A stretch of 32,000 bases of DNA, from contig JAVVGN010000003.1 in the NCBI GenBank assembly GCA_032249095.1, positions 11,543-43,542 of the forward strand. The letters are read 5' to 3'. Positions 8,416 through 16,926 of this stretch are shown piece by piece. The position numbers were made by a program, and so were the translations under genes. Every line of letters starts with the position of its first letter. The stretch's first letter is position 1. The DNA is from Candidatus Caldarchaeales archaeon. Lineage in GTDB: Archaea > Thermoproteota > Nitrososphaeria_A > Caldarchaeales > Calditenuaceae. The notes under the pieces are model-generated. The model had not been told where the DNA came from, searched no databases, and saw nothing but the letters and a program-made list of their open reading frames with translations.

Positions 8416-8877
8416 TTACGAAATAGTCACATCATAGTTGACATTGACGGTAACGCCCGAGGCGAGCCCGATTGTGCTGGGGAGTTTGACCCGTGCAAAG
8501 AGCCCTGAGCCGTTTGAGCCTGTGCACAATCCAATAGAAGCCAATGTATTTCCTGAAACACCGCTTGTGCCGCCGTCCAGAGTAGCGCTCCAGCGGACTT
8601 GGCGGGCAGCCACTTGGCTCTTGGTGGCAGTGACGGTGTAAACCCAAGTGCCAGGCATGGAAGTTTCGGTGTCGGCGGGTGTCGTGGTGTCGTTAGAGAA
8701 AGCGACATAGTTAATGTTGACAGTGTTGACGCCGATAGTATTGCGGAGCATGTAATCCCGGCCTTGCGCCACAATGCGGTTCTCGACAACGAAAATGTCT
8801 TTCTTCCCGTCAGGGTAGATAACCTCGACAGTCACAATGCCCTTAGGACGAGGTGCTTCTTCCAAAATTCCGACCAT
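8416..8877 (-). CDS. beta-rich, Thr/Gly/Val-rich virion-type protein, function unknown
   Basis: ATG 8877 lies 8 nt after GGAGGA. The track ORF extends to a TTG at 8913, which has only a weak SD. The composition is typical of structural proteins. Confidence 0.55.
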   Translation of the reverse strand: MVGILEEAPRPKGIVTVEVIYPDGKKDIFVVENRIVAQGRDYMLRNTIGVNTVNINYVAFSNDTTTPADTETSMPGTWVYTVTATKSQVAARQVRWSATLDGGTSGVSGNTLASIGLCTGSNGSGLFARVKLPSTIGLASGVTVNVNYDVTIS

Positions 8878-8909
8878 TTTCCTTTCCTCCGTCACTGTGA
8901 TTACCTTGT

Positions 8910-9242
8910 TCAATCTGTAACCCTTTCAATAACCAGTGCCTCGTAGGGAGGGACGGGATAGTTCTTTACCGTCCCGTCTGGAAAAGTGAGCATAAAGTCA
9001 AAATAAACTCGGCTGTTCGGTGCTAACTTTGCTGTCTCTTCTTTTGGGAAACGGACTTTGAAAACTCCATTCGCTGGATCAGTTTTTGTTACGGTAGCAG
9101 TGAAAAGCAAATTCCCGCCCGGAGCGTCCTTTACCTCGCAGGCAATTTCAACGAGTTCAATATTGATAGGAACTCCCCTTATGGTGAGCCTTACCGTAAA
9201 ATCCTTGTCGTTCCCGCGAACTATGGTGTAAGTCTTTCTCAT
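8910..9242 (-). CDS. small beta-sandwich (Ig-like) type hypothetical virion protein
   Basis: 110-aa ORF with alternating beta-strand pattern. It is the first gene after the promoter-like box at 9261..9266. Confidence 0.5.
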   Translation of the reverse strand: MRKTYTIVRGNDKDFTVRLTIRGVPINIELVEIACEVKDAPGGNLLFTATVTKTDPANGVFKVRFPKEETAKLAPNSRVYFDFMLTFPDGTVKNYPVPPYEALVIERVTD

Positions 9243-9260
9243 ATATTTCCACCAACAATG

Positions 9261-9268
9261 ATTTTAAA
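9261..9268 (-). promoter_or_regulatory. TAAAAT promoter-like box for the minus-strand operon 9242 to 2561
   Basis: Plus-strand ATTTTA at 9261..9266 reads as TAAAAT on the minus strand, 18 nt before ATG 9242. Confidence 0.4.
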
Positions 9269-9300
9269 GAAGCGAGGCTCGCTCAGAAGCGGAAAGGGGG

Positions 9301-9330
9301 AGACAGAATTTATACGTATAAATTCAGTCT
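9301..9330. promoter_or_regulatory. copy 1 of the 20-bp perfect palindrome GAATTTATACGTATAAATTC (9306..9325), extended here to a 30-nt imperfect inverted repeat
   Basis: The sequence is its own reverse complement. It lies 9 nt downstream of the stop of gene 9335..9751 and, on the minus strand, is followed by CCCCCTTTT. The identical 20-mer recurs at 28413..28432. Confidence 0.6.
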
Positions 9331-9334
9331 GAGG

Positions 9335-9751
9335 CTACTCGACGGGGAACAAGTTAGCTTCCAGTCGCTTGTCAATCTCGTCAAGTTTCTTGTGGAAGAC
9401 TGCGAAGCTGAGCACTCTCTCAGCGCTGACGCCCAGTTCCTCGTAGTTCTGGAAGTAATACTCCATTTGCCTGTAGAGGCGGCTAATCCATGCCGCCCTT
9501 TCGTCGGGGTCTTTAATCGCAGTGACCAAGAAAATGGCTACCTCTTCTGCAGCCTTGTAGTCTGCCGCTGAAGGTATGTAAGGCTGGTAGTAAAGTGACT
9601 TCAGTTTTTTCTTCATGAGGTCCATGTAAGCCTTCAAGAAAAGGCTGAGAAGTATGGCGGCGAGTTGTTTCCTGCGGTTGAAGTTTGGCACCTCCTTAAC
9701 TTTTGAGGCGACGGAGTTGAACCACACGATAGCCTTGTCAACCGTAATCAT
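9335..9751 (-). CDS. helical hypothetical protein
   Basis: 138-aa ORF. ATG 9751 lies 7 nt after AAGGAGGG. A promoter-like box sits 20 nt upstream. Confidence 0.55.
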   Translation of the reverse strand: MITVDKAIVWFNSVASKVKEVPNFNRRKQLAAILLSLFLKAYMDLMKKKLKSLYYQPYIPSAADYKAAEEVAIFLVTAIKDPDERAAWISRLYRQMEYYFQNYEELGVSAERVLSFAVFHKKLDEIDKRLEANLFPVE

Positions 9752-9771
9752 TCTGATTCCCTCCTTGCAGC

Positions 9772-9779
9772 ATTTTAAT
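9772..9779 (-). promoter_or_regulatory. TAAAAT promoter-like box for gene 9335..9751
   Basis: Plus-strand ATTTTA at 9772..9777 lies 20 nt from ATG 9751. Confidence 0.4.
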
Positions 9780-9840
9780 CCCTACCATTATTTTATCCCA
9801 AAATCGGGATTGAAGGCAACTCAATTTCTCCGCACCCAAA

Positions 9841-9850
9841 TTTTAAAATA
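9841..9850 (+). promoter_or_regulatory. TAAAAT promoter-like box for the head operon
   Basis: TTTTAAAATA contains TAAAAT at 9844..9849, 17 nt before ATG 9867. Confidence 0.4.
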
Positions 9851-9866
9851 GGTGCTGGTGATAGGT

Positions 9867-12848
9867 ATGCCTGAGGTGAGCATTCCTTTCAACGCTGAAG
9901 GGTTGCTTTTCAAGGCTTTCGTCGGCGAGGACGGGCGCAGCCGCTATGTCATCGTCAAAGCCAGCGACAGCGGGGTAGACCTCCAGCGCGATATCATTGC
10001 TCCGCAAGTTTATGAGTCGGTGATTAAGGACGCGAAGGAAGGGAAAATCTTGTTAACTTCTTCGCACTTTACTCCATTCGGTTTCGGCGTGTCCGTTGAC
10101 GCGTGGACGAAGGCGGAGGATGACGGTCTTGTTGCCCTCTACATTATGTTCAAGCTGAAGGACAATTATGGTGAATCTGATGACCTCTTTAACGCTATCG
10201 TCAATGGGCAAGGTGACCGCTATCAGGTTTCAATTGGCGGAAAAGTGCTGGATTACATGTATAAGTCCGACCCGAAGCAAGGGTTGGTTAGGGTTATTAC
10301 GAAGGCGGAAGTGAACCATGTTGCGGTCACTTGGAAGGGCATGGCGGTCAACCCGCGCACTGGCTTCGTTCAGGCTATCCTTAAAGCCCTCTATGCTTGG
10401 GAGGAGCGAATGAGGAAGTCTGGAATGATACTTGCTAAGGAAAAGGACGAAGACGAAGAAGAAGACGAGGAAGGTAAGAAGCCAGTTGTCGTTTTAGAAG
10501 ACGCAGGTGTATTTGAAGTGGAGGAGGTTGAAATGAAGCTCAAACCGAAGGATACTCTCAAGAAAGCAATTCAGTTGTTTGACCGCCTTGAGGCTGAGCG
10601 GCGTCAATTGCAGTTTACGCCTGAGGATTTGGAGAAGCAGGTCGAGCGGAGCAGCCAATACGGAATTTCTATCTCGCCGCTCGGCTTTGCCGTAAAGCCC
10701 GCCATTTTCGCTGGCATTCCCGACGAAAACTTCATTGACCCCGTAAACTATCTCTTCCCCGTCCAGTCAGCGGAGGATATTGAGGTTTACCTTAAGTTGT
10801 GGGAGCAGAAGCCAATGTTAATGAAGAGCATTTACCCCGACTTGGCGAGCCTCAGGAAAGTGCTCGGCCAAATTTGCCTTAAGGCGAAAGAGTTCAATGT
10901 TCCTATCCCCTCGCATTCCTCGATCTTGTGGTTCGTCGACACCGAGATCGCCAAGCAAGTAGCAGGCGACGAGATTAACGAGGAGCTTCACAAGCATATA
11001 GTCAGCGCCCTTGAAATGTCAGAAAATCTCGAGGAATGGAAAATAACCGGCGCCATTTCTTGGAGCTTGGAGAAGGCTCGGGACGAGCAGCTTGAGCGCA
11101 AGCTCCGCGAGCGTGAAAAGAAATATGGTTATCAAGCTGCTCCTAACGCTCACCTCACTAAGCCTGCGGAGTATGCCCATATCCCCGAGAGCCAGTTCGC
11201 CGACCCCGTGGGATACAACTATCCAATCGACAAGGAGCATGTTCTGGCAGCCATTAGGTATTTCTTGAAGCCCAAGAACCGCAACGTTTACGACCCGAAG
11301 GCTCAGAAGATTATTTACGAGCGTATCTTGCGGGCAATGAAGAAATATGGGCACAAGCACCGCTTCAACCCCGATAACCCGCTCGACTGGCTCATGCCTC
11401 AGTCGCTCAAGCGGTGGATGGTGGGCTACGAAAAGTATGAAGACGAGGACACGCCGGAGAAGCGGGAGGAAATGGAGCGGAGGCTTGAGCGCGAGTATAG
11501 GGAATACAATAAGGGAAGGAAGCAAATTCGGAAATCCCATATTGACTTGCCCTACAGCAACATTCTCTACCAAGTTCTCGAGCACGGGTTCGACGTTCTT
11601 GCTGACCTCTTCCGCCGAGAAGAACTTTACAAGTATTACATTGCTCCTAACGGGAATTTGGTGCCGCCCGACGAAGGCTATACTGCCGACGATTACGCTG
11701 ACCCCGTCTCTTACCTTTATCCCATGACTACAGCGGAAGAAGTTCAGCTTTCGATTGAAGATTTCCTTGCCAACAGGAGACATTACCCACCTCACGCTCA
11801 AGTGTTCATTTATAGGCGGTTGCTGCAGAAGGCTAAGGAGTTTGGGCAGCCGAAAGAGTTCGATCCTGAAAATCCGCTGGATTACATAATTGCTGCTGAG
11901 AGCACCGACCTGCTCGAGAAAGCTCCAGTCGTTCTCGACGAGAAGGCAGCGGAAATTGAGCGTCAGCTTGAAGCCGAGCACCTTGAATTCCTCAAGGAAA
12001 ATGCGCCCGATTATGCTGTTCAGGCAGTTGAAATTATGAAAGCCATGATACTCCGTCAGAGCCCAGACTACTTGGCGAAGACGCTGACTGTCGAGGGCAC
12101 TCTCGCTTCCGGCGACCGAGGTATCTTCCCATACTGGGTTATTGGACAGGACGCTGCGAGCCGGCGCGCCGGTGTTCGCGTCCCACCTATCACCTTCGTT
12201 TGCCCAGTTGCTAAGTTCCCTCGCGGGGTCAGCCGTTATCCCGTTACTGATTTGAGCCAGCCGATCGCTGCTGTCACTAAGAAAGCGATTGAATTTATTG
12301 CGGACAAGTTCCAGAAGTTGGGTGGAGAGTTGAAAGTTAAGAAAGCGGAAGATAGTGTCGAGTTTGAGTTGGTGAAAGACGAGAAGGTGCTCAGGAAATT
12401 CATGTTGCGCCCCGAAGGCGAGGAGTTCGTGCTGCTCACCCAAATTGAAATCCCCTCCAGACCTATGTTCCTGCAAAAGGACGACCTTGCTCACCTTAAC
12501 CTGATTGAGGCAATTCGCAGCGCTTGCGGTGAAGAAGGCGAGCGTTGCGGCGTCGTCGTTATCGGCACTGGTTACGCTGGAGTCGTCACTGAAGAAGGTT
12601 ACTTCCTCGTTCCTTACTGGATTACGCCTGAGGGCGAAATTAGGGTTGAGTGGGACGCCCGTGTTCCAGCCATGGAGACTTTCGTGCCTGAAGGGCGCGA
12701 TAATGAAGAGCAACTCCTTGCTATAATCTATAACGCCTTACGTGAGAAGGCGAGTGACGATTGGCGCAACTTCGTTGAAGGCTTAATCGATAGTGAAGAA
12801 GGTATGGTTGAAGAAGGTATGCCCGCCGAGGAAGAGGAAGAGCAATGA
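9867..12848 (+). CDS. HK97-type (S78/U35) prohead maturation protease domain fused to a ~800-aa extension carrying three internal repeats
   Basis: The N-terminal ~175 aa carry the protease hallmarks: GVDLQRDIIAP, LLTSSHFTPFGFG (His), YQVSIGGKV (Ser) and AEVNHVAVTWKGMAVNPRTG. ATG 9867 lies 4 nt after GGTGAT. The repeats are at 10695..10910, 11157..11393 and 11664..11889. Confidence 0.7.
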   Translation: MPEVSIPFNAEGLLFKAFVGEDGRSRYVIVKASDSGVDLQRDIIAPQVYESVIKDAKEGKILLTSSHFTPFGFGVSVDAWTKAEDDGLVALYIMFKLKDNYGESDDLFNAIVNGQGDRYQVSIGGKVLDYMYKSDPKQGLVRVITKAEVNHVAVTWKGMAVNPRTGFVQAILKALYAWEERMRKSGMILAKEKDEDEEEDEEGKKPVVVLEDAGVFEVEEVEMKLKPKDTLKKAIQLFDRLEAERRQLQFTPEDLEKQVERSSQYGISISPLGFAVKPAIFAGIPDENFIDPVNYLFPVQSAEDIEVYLKLWEQKPMLMKSIYPDLASLRKVLGQICLKAKEFNVPIPSHSSILWFVDTEIAKQVAGDEINEELHKHIVSALEMSENLEEWKITGAISWSLEKARDEQLERKLREREKKYGYQAAPNAHLTKPAEYAHIPESQFADPVGYNYPIDKEHVLAAIRYFLKPKNRNVYDPKAQKIIYERILRAMKKYGHKHRFNPDNPLDWLMPQSLKRWMVGYEKYEDEDTPEKREEMERRLEREYREYNKGRKQIRKSHIDLPYSNILYQVLEHGFDVLADLFRREELYKYYIAPNGNLVPPDEGYTADDYADPVSYLYPMTTAEEVQLSIEDFLANRRHYPPHAQVFIYRRLLQKAKEFGQPKEFDPENPLDYIIAAESTDLLEKAPVVLDEKAAEIERQLEAEHLEFLKENAPDYAVQAVEIMKAMILRQSPDYLAKTLTVEGTLASGDRGIFPYWVIGQDAASRRAGVRVPPITFVCPVAKFPRGVSRYPVTDLSQPIAAVTKKAIEFIADKFQKLGGELKVKKAEDSVEFELVKDEKVLRKFMLRPEGEEFVLLTQIEIPSRPMFLQKDDLAHLNLIEAIRSACGEEGERCGVVVIGTGYAGVVTEEGYFLVPYWITPEGEIRVEWDARVPAMETFVPEGRDNEEQLLAIIYNALREKASDDWRNFVEGLIDSEEGMVEEGMPAEEEEEQ

Positions 12849-13972
12849 AGACTTTCGAGATTAAGGGCGTTAAGGTTCATGTTGAAGACGAGGAACTTGC
12901 AAATTCCCTTGAGCCTGAACTTGAGCCAGAAGTTGACGAGAAAGACGCGGAGGTTTTGCTGAAGGAGCTCGAGGAGTGGCTCGCTGCTGGGCGCTCACAG
13001 ATTCTCAACAAGGCTCGGAAGGAGCTGCGGAAGCAATTTGTCGGCGCTGGCGACGCCACTTCGCCTTACTCACCGGTGCTCCCCATTGGTGCTGGGGTTC
13101 GCACTGGCAGCGTCCAAGCTTCCAGCGGGATCGTTGCCGCTCCCAATGTTCCTAGCTGGTTGAGTGGTGTGCCTCAGGCCCAGGCGGCTGCCCAGCAGAT
13201 TGCTGTTGGCAGTTTGATTGAGGCGATTGTGGGTCAACTTTCTCCTTTACTTGAGGAGTTCGCAGCGAAATTGGCGGAGTGGGTTTCCACCGTCGCCGAG
13301 GGTCTCTTTAGAACAATTTCCGAGGTCGCTGAGCGCATGGCTGAGGCTCAGGAAAAACTCGGCGAGAAGCTCGCTGACGTCAGCGAGAAGCTTGGGGCTG
13401 TCGCCGAGAAGTTGCCTGAAGGCGCTGCTGAAACTCCTCTCCCTGAAGCTTTGCCTGAAGTGCCGCCAGTTGAGGAAGTGCCGCCTGCTGCTGAGGAAGC
13501 CGCACCGCCTGCCGAAGAGGAAGCAGCTCCTGCTGAAGTCGGTGCTGGCGAGGAAGTTCCTACACCGCCTCCCGCTGAAGAAGAAAAAGAAGCCAAGTCT
13601 GTTGCCACTACTCCTGAAGTTACGGCAGCTCTCTTCTCACCGCAATTCTTGGCAGCCTTTGCTCGCCACTTGTCCCAAATGACGAAGGAAATTATTGATA
13701 CTCAAACAAGGAAATCTCAGAATGAGCCTTCTGCAGTAAAGCCACAAAGTGCTTTCGAGATTGCTGATGTAATCGCCTCGACGCTGCGCAAGTCCCAGCA
13801 GACTAAAGGCAAGGTCGAAACCGACCTGACTGCGCCTGTTAAGACTGCAGCTGCACCAGAAGGCGAAGGCGCAAATGTCGCCGAGCAGATCAAGGGCGCT
13901 GCTAAGGACGAAGCCGTTCGCAAGCACCTTGAGGAAGCCGAAAAGGTTGCTAAGGAAAAGGCAGGTGATTGA
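12845..13972 (+). CDS. acidic Ala/Glu/Pro-rich coiled-coil protein, candidate scaffolding protein by position and composition
   Basis: ATGA overlap with the upstream stop. It lies between the protease gene and the capsid gene and has low-complexity EEVPPAAEEAAPPAEEEAAP tracts. Confidence 0.5.
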   Translation: MKTFEIKGVKVHVEDEELANSLEPELEPEVDEKDAEVLLKELEEWLAAGRSQILNKARKELRKQFVGAGDATSPYSPVLPIGAGVRTGSVQASSGIVAAPNVPSWLSGVPQAQAAAQQIAVGSLIEAIVGQLSPLLEEFAAKLAEWVSTVAEGLFRTISEVAERMAEAQEKLGEKLADVSEKLGAVAEKLPEGAAETPLPEALPEVPPVEEVPPAAEEAAPPAEEEAAPAEVGAGEEVPTPPPAEEEKEAKSVATTPEVTAALFSPQFLAAFARHLSQMTKEIIDTQTRKSQNEPSAVKPQSAFEIADVIASTLRKSQQTKGKVETDLTAPVKTAAAPEGEGANVAEQIKGAAKDEAVRKHLEEAEKVAKEKAGD

Positions 13973-13974
13973 TT

Positions 13975-14256
13975 GTGAGAGACAGAATTACCGAGGAAGC
14001 TCTTAGGCGGCTGAAAGTCACGGGCGCTCAGGAGGGAAAGTCCAAAGGGTTACCAGACGAAGAAATGCAGGCTCTTCAAAAGTCCGTGGAAAACGCCCTA
14101 CGTGCCAACAACCCGTTCCTTGCGCAAATGTTGCTCATGGGCTTAATGTTCTCTCAATTACTTGCCCCGCACGTGGAAAGGCAGATACGCAAACAAAATG
14201 AGGGCTCACAGCGAAACACTGTCAACTTAACCGAGATCGCAAAAAGCGAGAGCTGA
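13975..14256 (+). CDS. small hypothetical protein with one hydrophobic segment
   Basis: GTG 13975 lies 4 nt after AGGTGAT; TTG 13969 is an alternative start. 93-95 aa. Confidence 0.45.
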   Translation: MRDRITEEALRRLKVTGAQEGKSKGLPDEEMQALQKSVENALRANNPFLAQMLLMGLMFSQLLAPHVERQIRKQNEGSQRNTVNLTEIAKSES

Positions 14257-14280
14257 AATCCTAAAACTGAAATCCTAAAA
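14253..14280 (+). repeat. perfect tandem duplication of the 14-mer CTGAAATCCTAAAA
   Basis: 14253..14266 equals 14267..14280. The copies contain TAAAAC (14262..14267) and TAAAAT (14276..14281), 59 nt upstream of the capsid ATG. Confidence 0.8.
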
Positions 14281-14340
14281 TAATAAATGGTTGAGCAAGG
14301 TAGAAGCAAATACGGTATACATCGGTTAGGAAGATAGGAC

Positions 14341-15588
14341 ATGGCAGAATTGCTTCAACACATTCAAGGAAACTTGTCTCAAGAAGAGAAGGAGCAAATT
14401 TTCGAAGAAGTGAGGCAGCGTGTCGACGACGCTTTGGGTGGCGAGGGGAAGAAGAAGGTTGACGTGGACGAAATTAAGGGCGCCGAGGTTACTTACCGCT
14501 CTCACTTCGAGGTTCTTGCCAAGGCGTTCCAAGAGGTCGCCGCTGGCGGCGGGAACATGGACGACTTACTGAAGACGATCTTGTCCACGACACCCGGATT
14601 GCCGTTCTTCTACTTTGTTTTGCCCGAAGTTACGAGGGTTCACCCTCAGGACACTCCAGTTCTGAACCGCTTGCCTCGCATTCCCGGGCAAGCGCCTGAC
14701 GCTCGCTGGAAGGTCGTCGAGAAAGTCGGTTTCGGTCGGCAGGACGAAATGACCAACACCTTCGAGGCTGGTGAAGCTCCTTCGACCTTGACCGAGATCG
14801 ACACCACTTATCGTGAGCACACTGCTCCTTACAAGTTCCTCCACGTTCTGAAGTCCGTGTCGTTCCAAGCTGTGGCAGCTGCTGCTAACTTCACCAACTT
14901 GATTTCGTTGGAAATCGCTAACGCCATGATTGCCTTGCATTTGCGGCAAGAGTGGCTCGTTTTGAACGGCGATACTACTACTAGCCCCAACCAGTTCGAC
15001 GGGCTGATCAAGTGGGCTACTCAGTATGGTGTTGTTAAGACTATTAACCAGAACGGGGATTCTTCTGTTAGGTATCTCACGCTCAACGATATTTATGACT
15101 TGATCATGACGCTCTACACCAACTTCGGTGCGTTGCCTCGCGTCATGATCGCGCACCCGAGGCTCCAGTTTGAACTGACCCGCATGTGGGTATCGCTCTA
15201 CCGCACCGCTGTCGGTGTCGAGGCGGGCGTTGACTACTCCGGCACCATTCTCCGTGGCTTCCCGCTGTTCTGGCGGGATGTTACGACGGAATTGGTGCTG
15301 ACCCGTTTCGCACCGGTCTATAACATTACCATTGGCGGCCAACCTGTGACGGTCACCGACATCATTATCATGGACGACCAAGTTGAGCTTCCCGCTGCTG
15401 TCGCTGGGAACGAGCCTCGCAACGCCGGTGCATTCATGATCGACCTGATCCCGCCTCAGGTCGTCTTCTTGGCACCGCTCACTGCTGCTCACCGAATCTT
15501 GGCAATGACCTCTACGGTTCTGGCGCCGAGGGCACCTCAATTTATCGGAGTGTTGAAGGGCGTCGTCCTCGGTCCTCAGGGCTCGTAA
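14341..15588 (+). CDS. HK97-fold major capsid protein
   Basis: EWLVLNGDTTTSPNQFDGLIKWA matches the conserved E-x-x-L-L-N-G-D-G...GL block of HK97 gp5-type capsids. RVMIAHPRLQFEL matches the downstream block. The gene follows the protease and scaffold-like genes and ends at a strong terminator. Confidence 0.8.
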   Translation: MAELLQHIQGNLSQEEKEQIFEEVRQRVDDALGGEGKKKVDVDEIKGAEVTYRSHFEVLAKAFQEVAAGGGNMDDLLKTILSTTPGLPFFYFVLPEVTRVHPQDTPVLNRLPRIPGQAPDARWKVVEKVGFGRQDEMTNTFEAGEAPSTLTEIDTTYREHTAPYKFLHVLKSVSFQAVAAAANFTNLISLEIANAMIALHLRQEWLVLNGDTTTSPNQFDGLIKWATQYGVVKTINQNGDSSVRYLTLNDIYDLIMTLYTNFGALPRVMIAHPRLQFELTRMWVSLYRTAVGVEAGVDYSGTILRGFPLFWRDVTTELVLTRFAPVYNITIGGQPVTVTDIIIMDDQVELPAAVAGNEPRNAGAFMIDLIPPQVVFLAPLTAAHRILAMTSTVLAPRAPQFIGVLKGVVLGPQGS

Positions 15589-15611
15589 TGAGGTTGTAAA
15601 TTGAGCCTGAA

Positions 15612-15645
15612 CCCCTGCGGGCTTCGCCCCGCAGGGGATTTTTTT
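15612..15645 (+). terminator. intrinsic (rho-independent) terminator after the capsid gene
   Basis: A 10-bp GC-rich stem, CCCCTGCGGG (15612..15621) pairing with CCCGCAGGGG (15628..15637), with a 6-nt loop, then A plus T7 (15639..15645). It sits between two convergent genes. Confidence 0.8.
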
Positions 15646-16423
15646 ATTTGCCCGCTTCGAGTTCTTTCAGGACTTGCATTAACCCGTCCACGTCGATAGC
15701 GTCCCTGAGGGACGATACGGCTTGCACGGGGGCAGAAGTGGAGGTGGTAGCTGAAATTTCGCTGGAGAGGGAAATAGCGGAGGCTGAGGAAGAACTCGAA
15801 TATTTGGTGTCGTAGTATCTTTTTTCTCCGCGAGCGATAGAGAGCCACGCCTGCCAGAGCAGGTAGGGCTCGTCTATGGGTGTCGGCTTACTCCAAATTC
15901 CGCCCTCTTTGAAGATTTGGTAGGAGAGGATCAAGATTGACGCCCATGGTGGGGCGACTTTTATTTCAGCAAAATAAGCGTAGGCGATATCTTCGAGAAG
16001 TTTCAGCTGCCTTTGAAATTCGGGGGTAATTGCGGGGTCGAGGCCATTAACAATCGTTACAATCCGAGTGACGGTTCTTTCCAAAGTTGGATGGTTTCGG
16101 ATAAAATCGTGGCTTCTCAATTCGTCGTTGAGCTTAATGCTGGAGATACCGTCGTAGAGAAGGTCGTAGAAAATTTCTCTGAAAGGAACTTGGAGATAAA
16201 GGCGGGCGTAGATTTGCGAGCGGCTGTAAAGTTCTTGTGCAGTGTAAAACCTTACGACCTTCCGATAGGAAACGGGCTTGAAGTGAATTACGAGGTTATC
16301 TTTCCCCAAGCGAGTTTCGAGGACAAGGGGAGTGAATTCAGCGTCTACTGCCCAAAGAAGCAAAGTGTGGATATCTTCGCCCCGAAGTTTTTCGACTTCG
16401 CCCAGTATGTCTGTAAGGCGCAT
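15644..16423 (-). CDS. hypothetical protein with a Ser-rich C-terminal tract
   Basis: 259-aa ORF. Last gene of the minus-strand unit that ends at the terminator. Confidence 0.5.
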   Translation of the reverse strand: MRLTDILGEVEKLRGEDIHTLLLWAVDAEFTPLVLETRLGKDNLVIHFKPVSYRKVVRFYTAQELYSRSQIYARLYLQVPFREIFYDLLYDGISSIKLNDELRSHDFIRNHPTLERTVTRIVTIVNGLDPAITPEFQRQLKLLEDIAYAYFAEIKVAPPWASILILSYQIFKEGGIWSKPTPIDEPYLLWQAWLSIARGEKRYYDTKYSSSSSASAISLSSEISATTSTSAPVQAVSSLRDAIDVDGLMQVLKELEAGK

Positions 16424-16444
16424 GTGAGAAAGACCCCTTTAGTT

Positions 16445-16912
16445 TTAGCCGCCAATAGTAGGTGGTCGCCAGCCGCTAACTTTCAAGATTGTGAAGGCGA
16501 TATATCGCTGCAGCAGGTAATGTAAGTCAGCGAAGAAATCCGCCACTTCTTGTTGGCTTCTGAAGTCTGACCGCTTTACGACCTCTTCAGGCGACACTCG
16601 GATTTCAAAGTCGACAATGGCGGTAGCGAAAAGGAACCGAAATGCTGACGCCCAGTCAGAGATTAACTCGATTTCACCTGCGGGCTCTCGCGGGGACACT
16701 TGGCGCCACTTAGATTTCACCCGCTTTTCTTCAAAAAGTTCAATCTCTAAGCCAGTAAGCGGCCGGTATTCAACCCAGCCCAAGTTAGCAGGCAGAACTA
16801 ACCTCTTCGTGCCAGCTTTCGACACTGAGACGAATTCAAGTGATTGGAGGTCTTCCTCGAGTTGGCGCAGCGTTTGCTCTAGAACGTCGTTTGCTCGGGT
16901 TTCCCCTTCCAT
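16445..16912 (-). CDS. hypothetical protein
   Basis: 155-aa ORF. ATG 16912 lies 7 nt after AAGGAGGG. Confidence 0.55.
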   Translation of the reverse strand: MEGETRANDVLEQTLRQLEEDLQSLEFVSVSKAGTKRLVLPANLGWVEYRPLTGLEIELFEEKRVKSKWRQVSPREPAGEIELISDWASAFRFLFATAIVDFEIRVSPEEVVKRSDFRSQQEVADFFADLHYLLQRYIAFTILKVSGWRPPTIGG

Positions 16913-16926
16913 CAGTTATCCCTCCT

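Noticed and set aside
9841-9850. Reading the TTTTAAAATA-type boxes as archaeal TATA boxes with leaderless mRNAs, since the box centre lies about 22-28 nt from the start codons.
   Set aside because: Strong SD sequences sit between box and start codon and would be excluded from a leaderless transcript. The tRNA-Asn has bacterial identity features, and the capsid gene ends with a classic hairpin plus T-run terminator. An archaeal host is not formally excluded without TSS data.
11019-12713. A 564-codon ORF antisense to the protease-fusion gene, and a similar 324-codon antisense ORF at 14566..15540 opposite the capsid gene.
   Set aside because: Both lie codon-aligned opposite strongly supported genes rich in GAA/GAG/AAG/GAC codons, whose complements (TTC/CTC/CTT/GTC) cannot create stops. 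The products are Leu/Phe/Val/Ser-rich with no motifs and no SD or promoter box. They are best explained as shadow ORFs caused by sense-strand codon bias.
13218-13682. A 154-aa alternative-frame ORF on the + strand and antisense ORFs (13348..13608, 13637..13927) inside the scaffold-like gene.
   Set aside because: They arise within low-complexity GAA/GCT/CCT-rich sequence. Their products are Leu/Ser/Arg/Lys-rich strings without start signals, so they are typical frame shadows.
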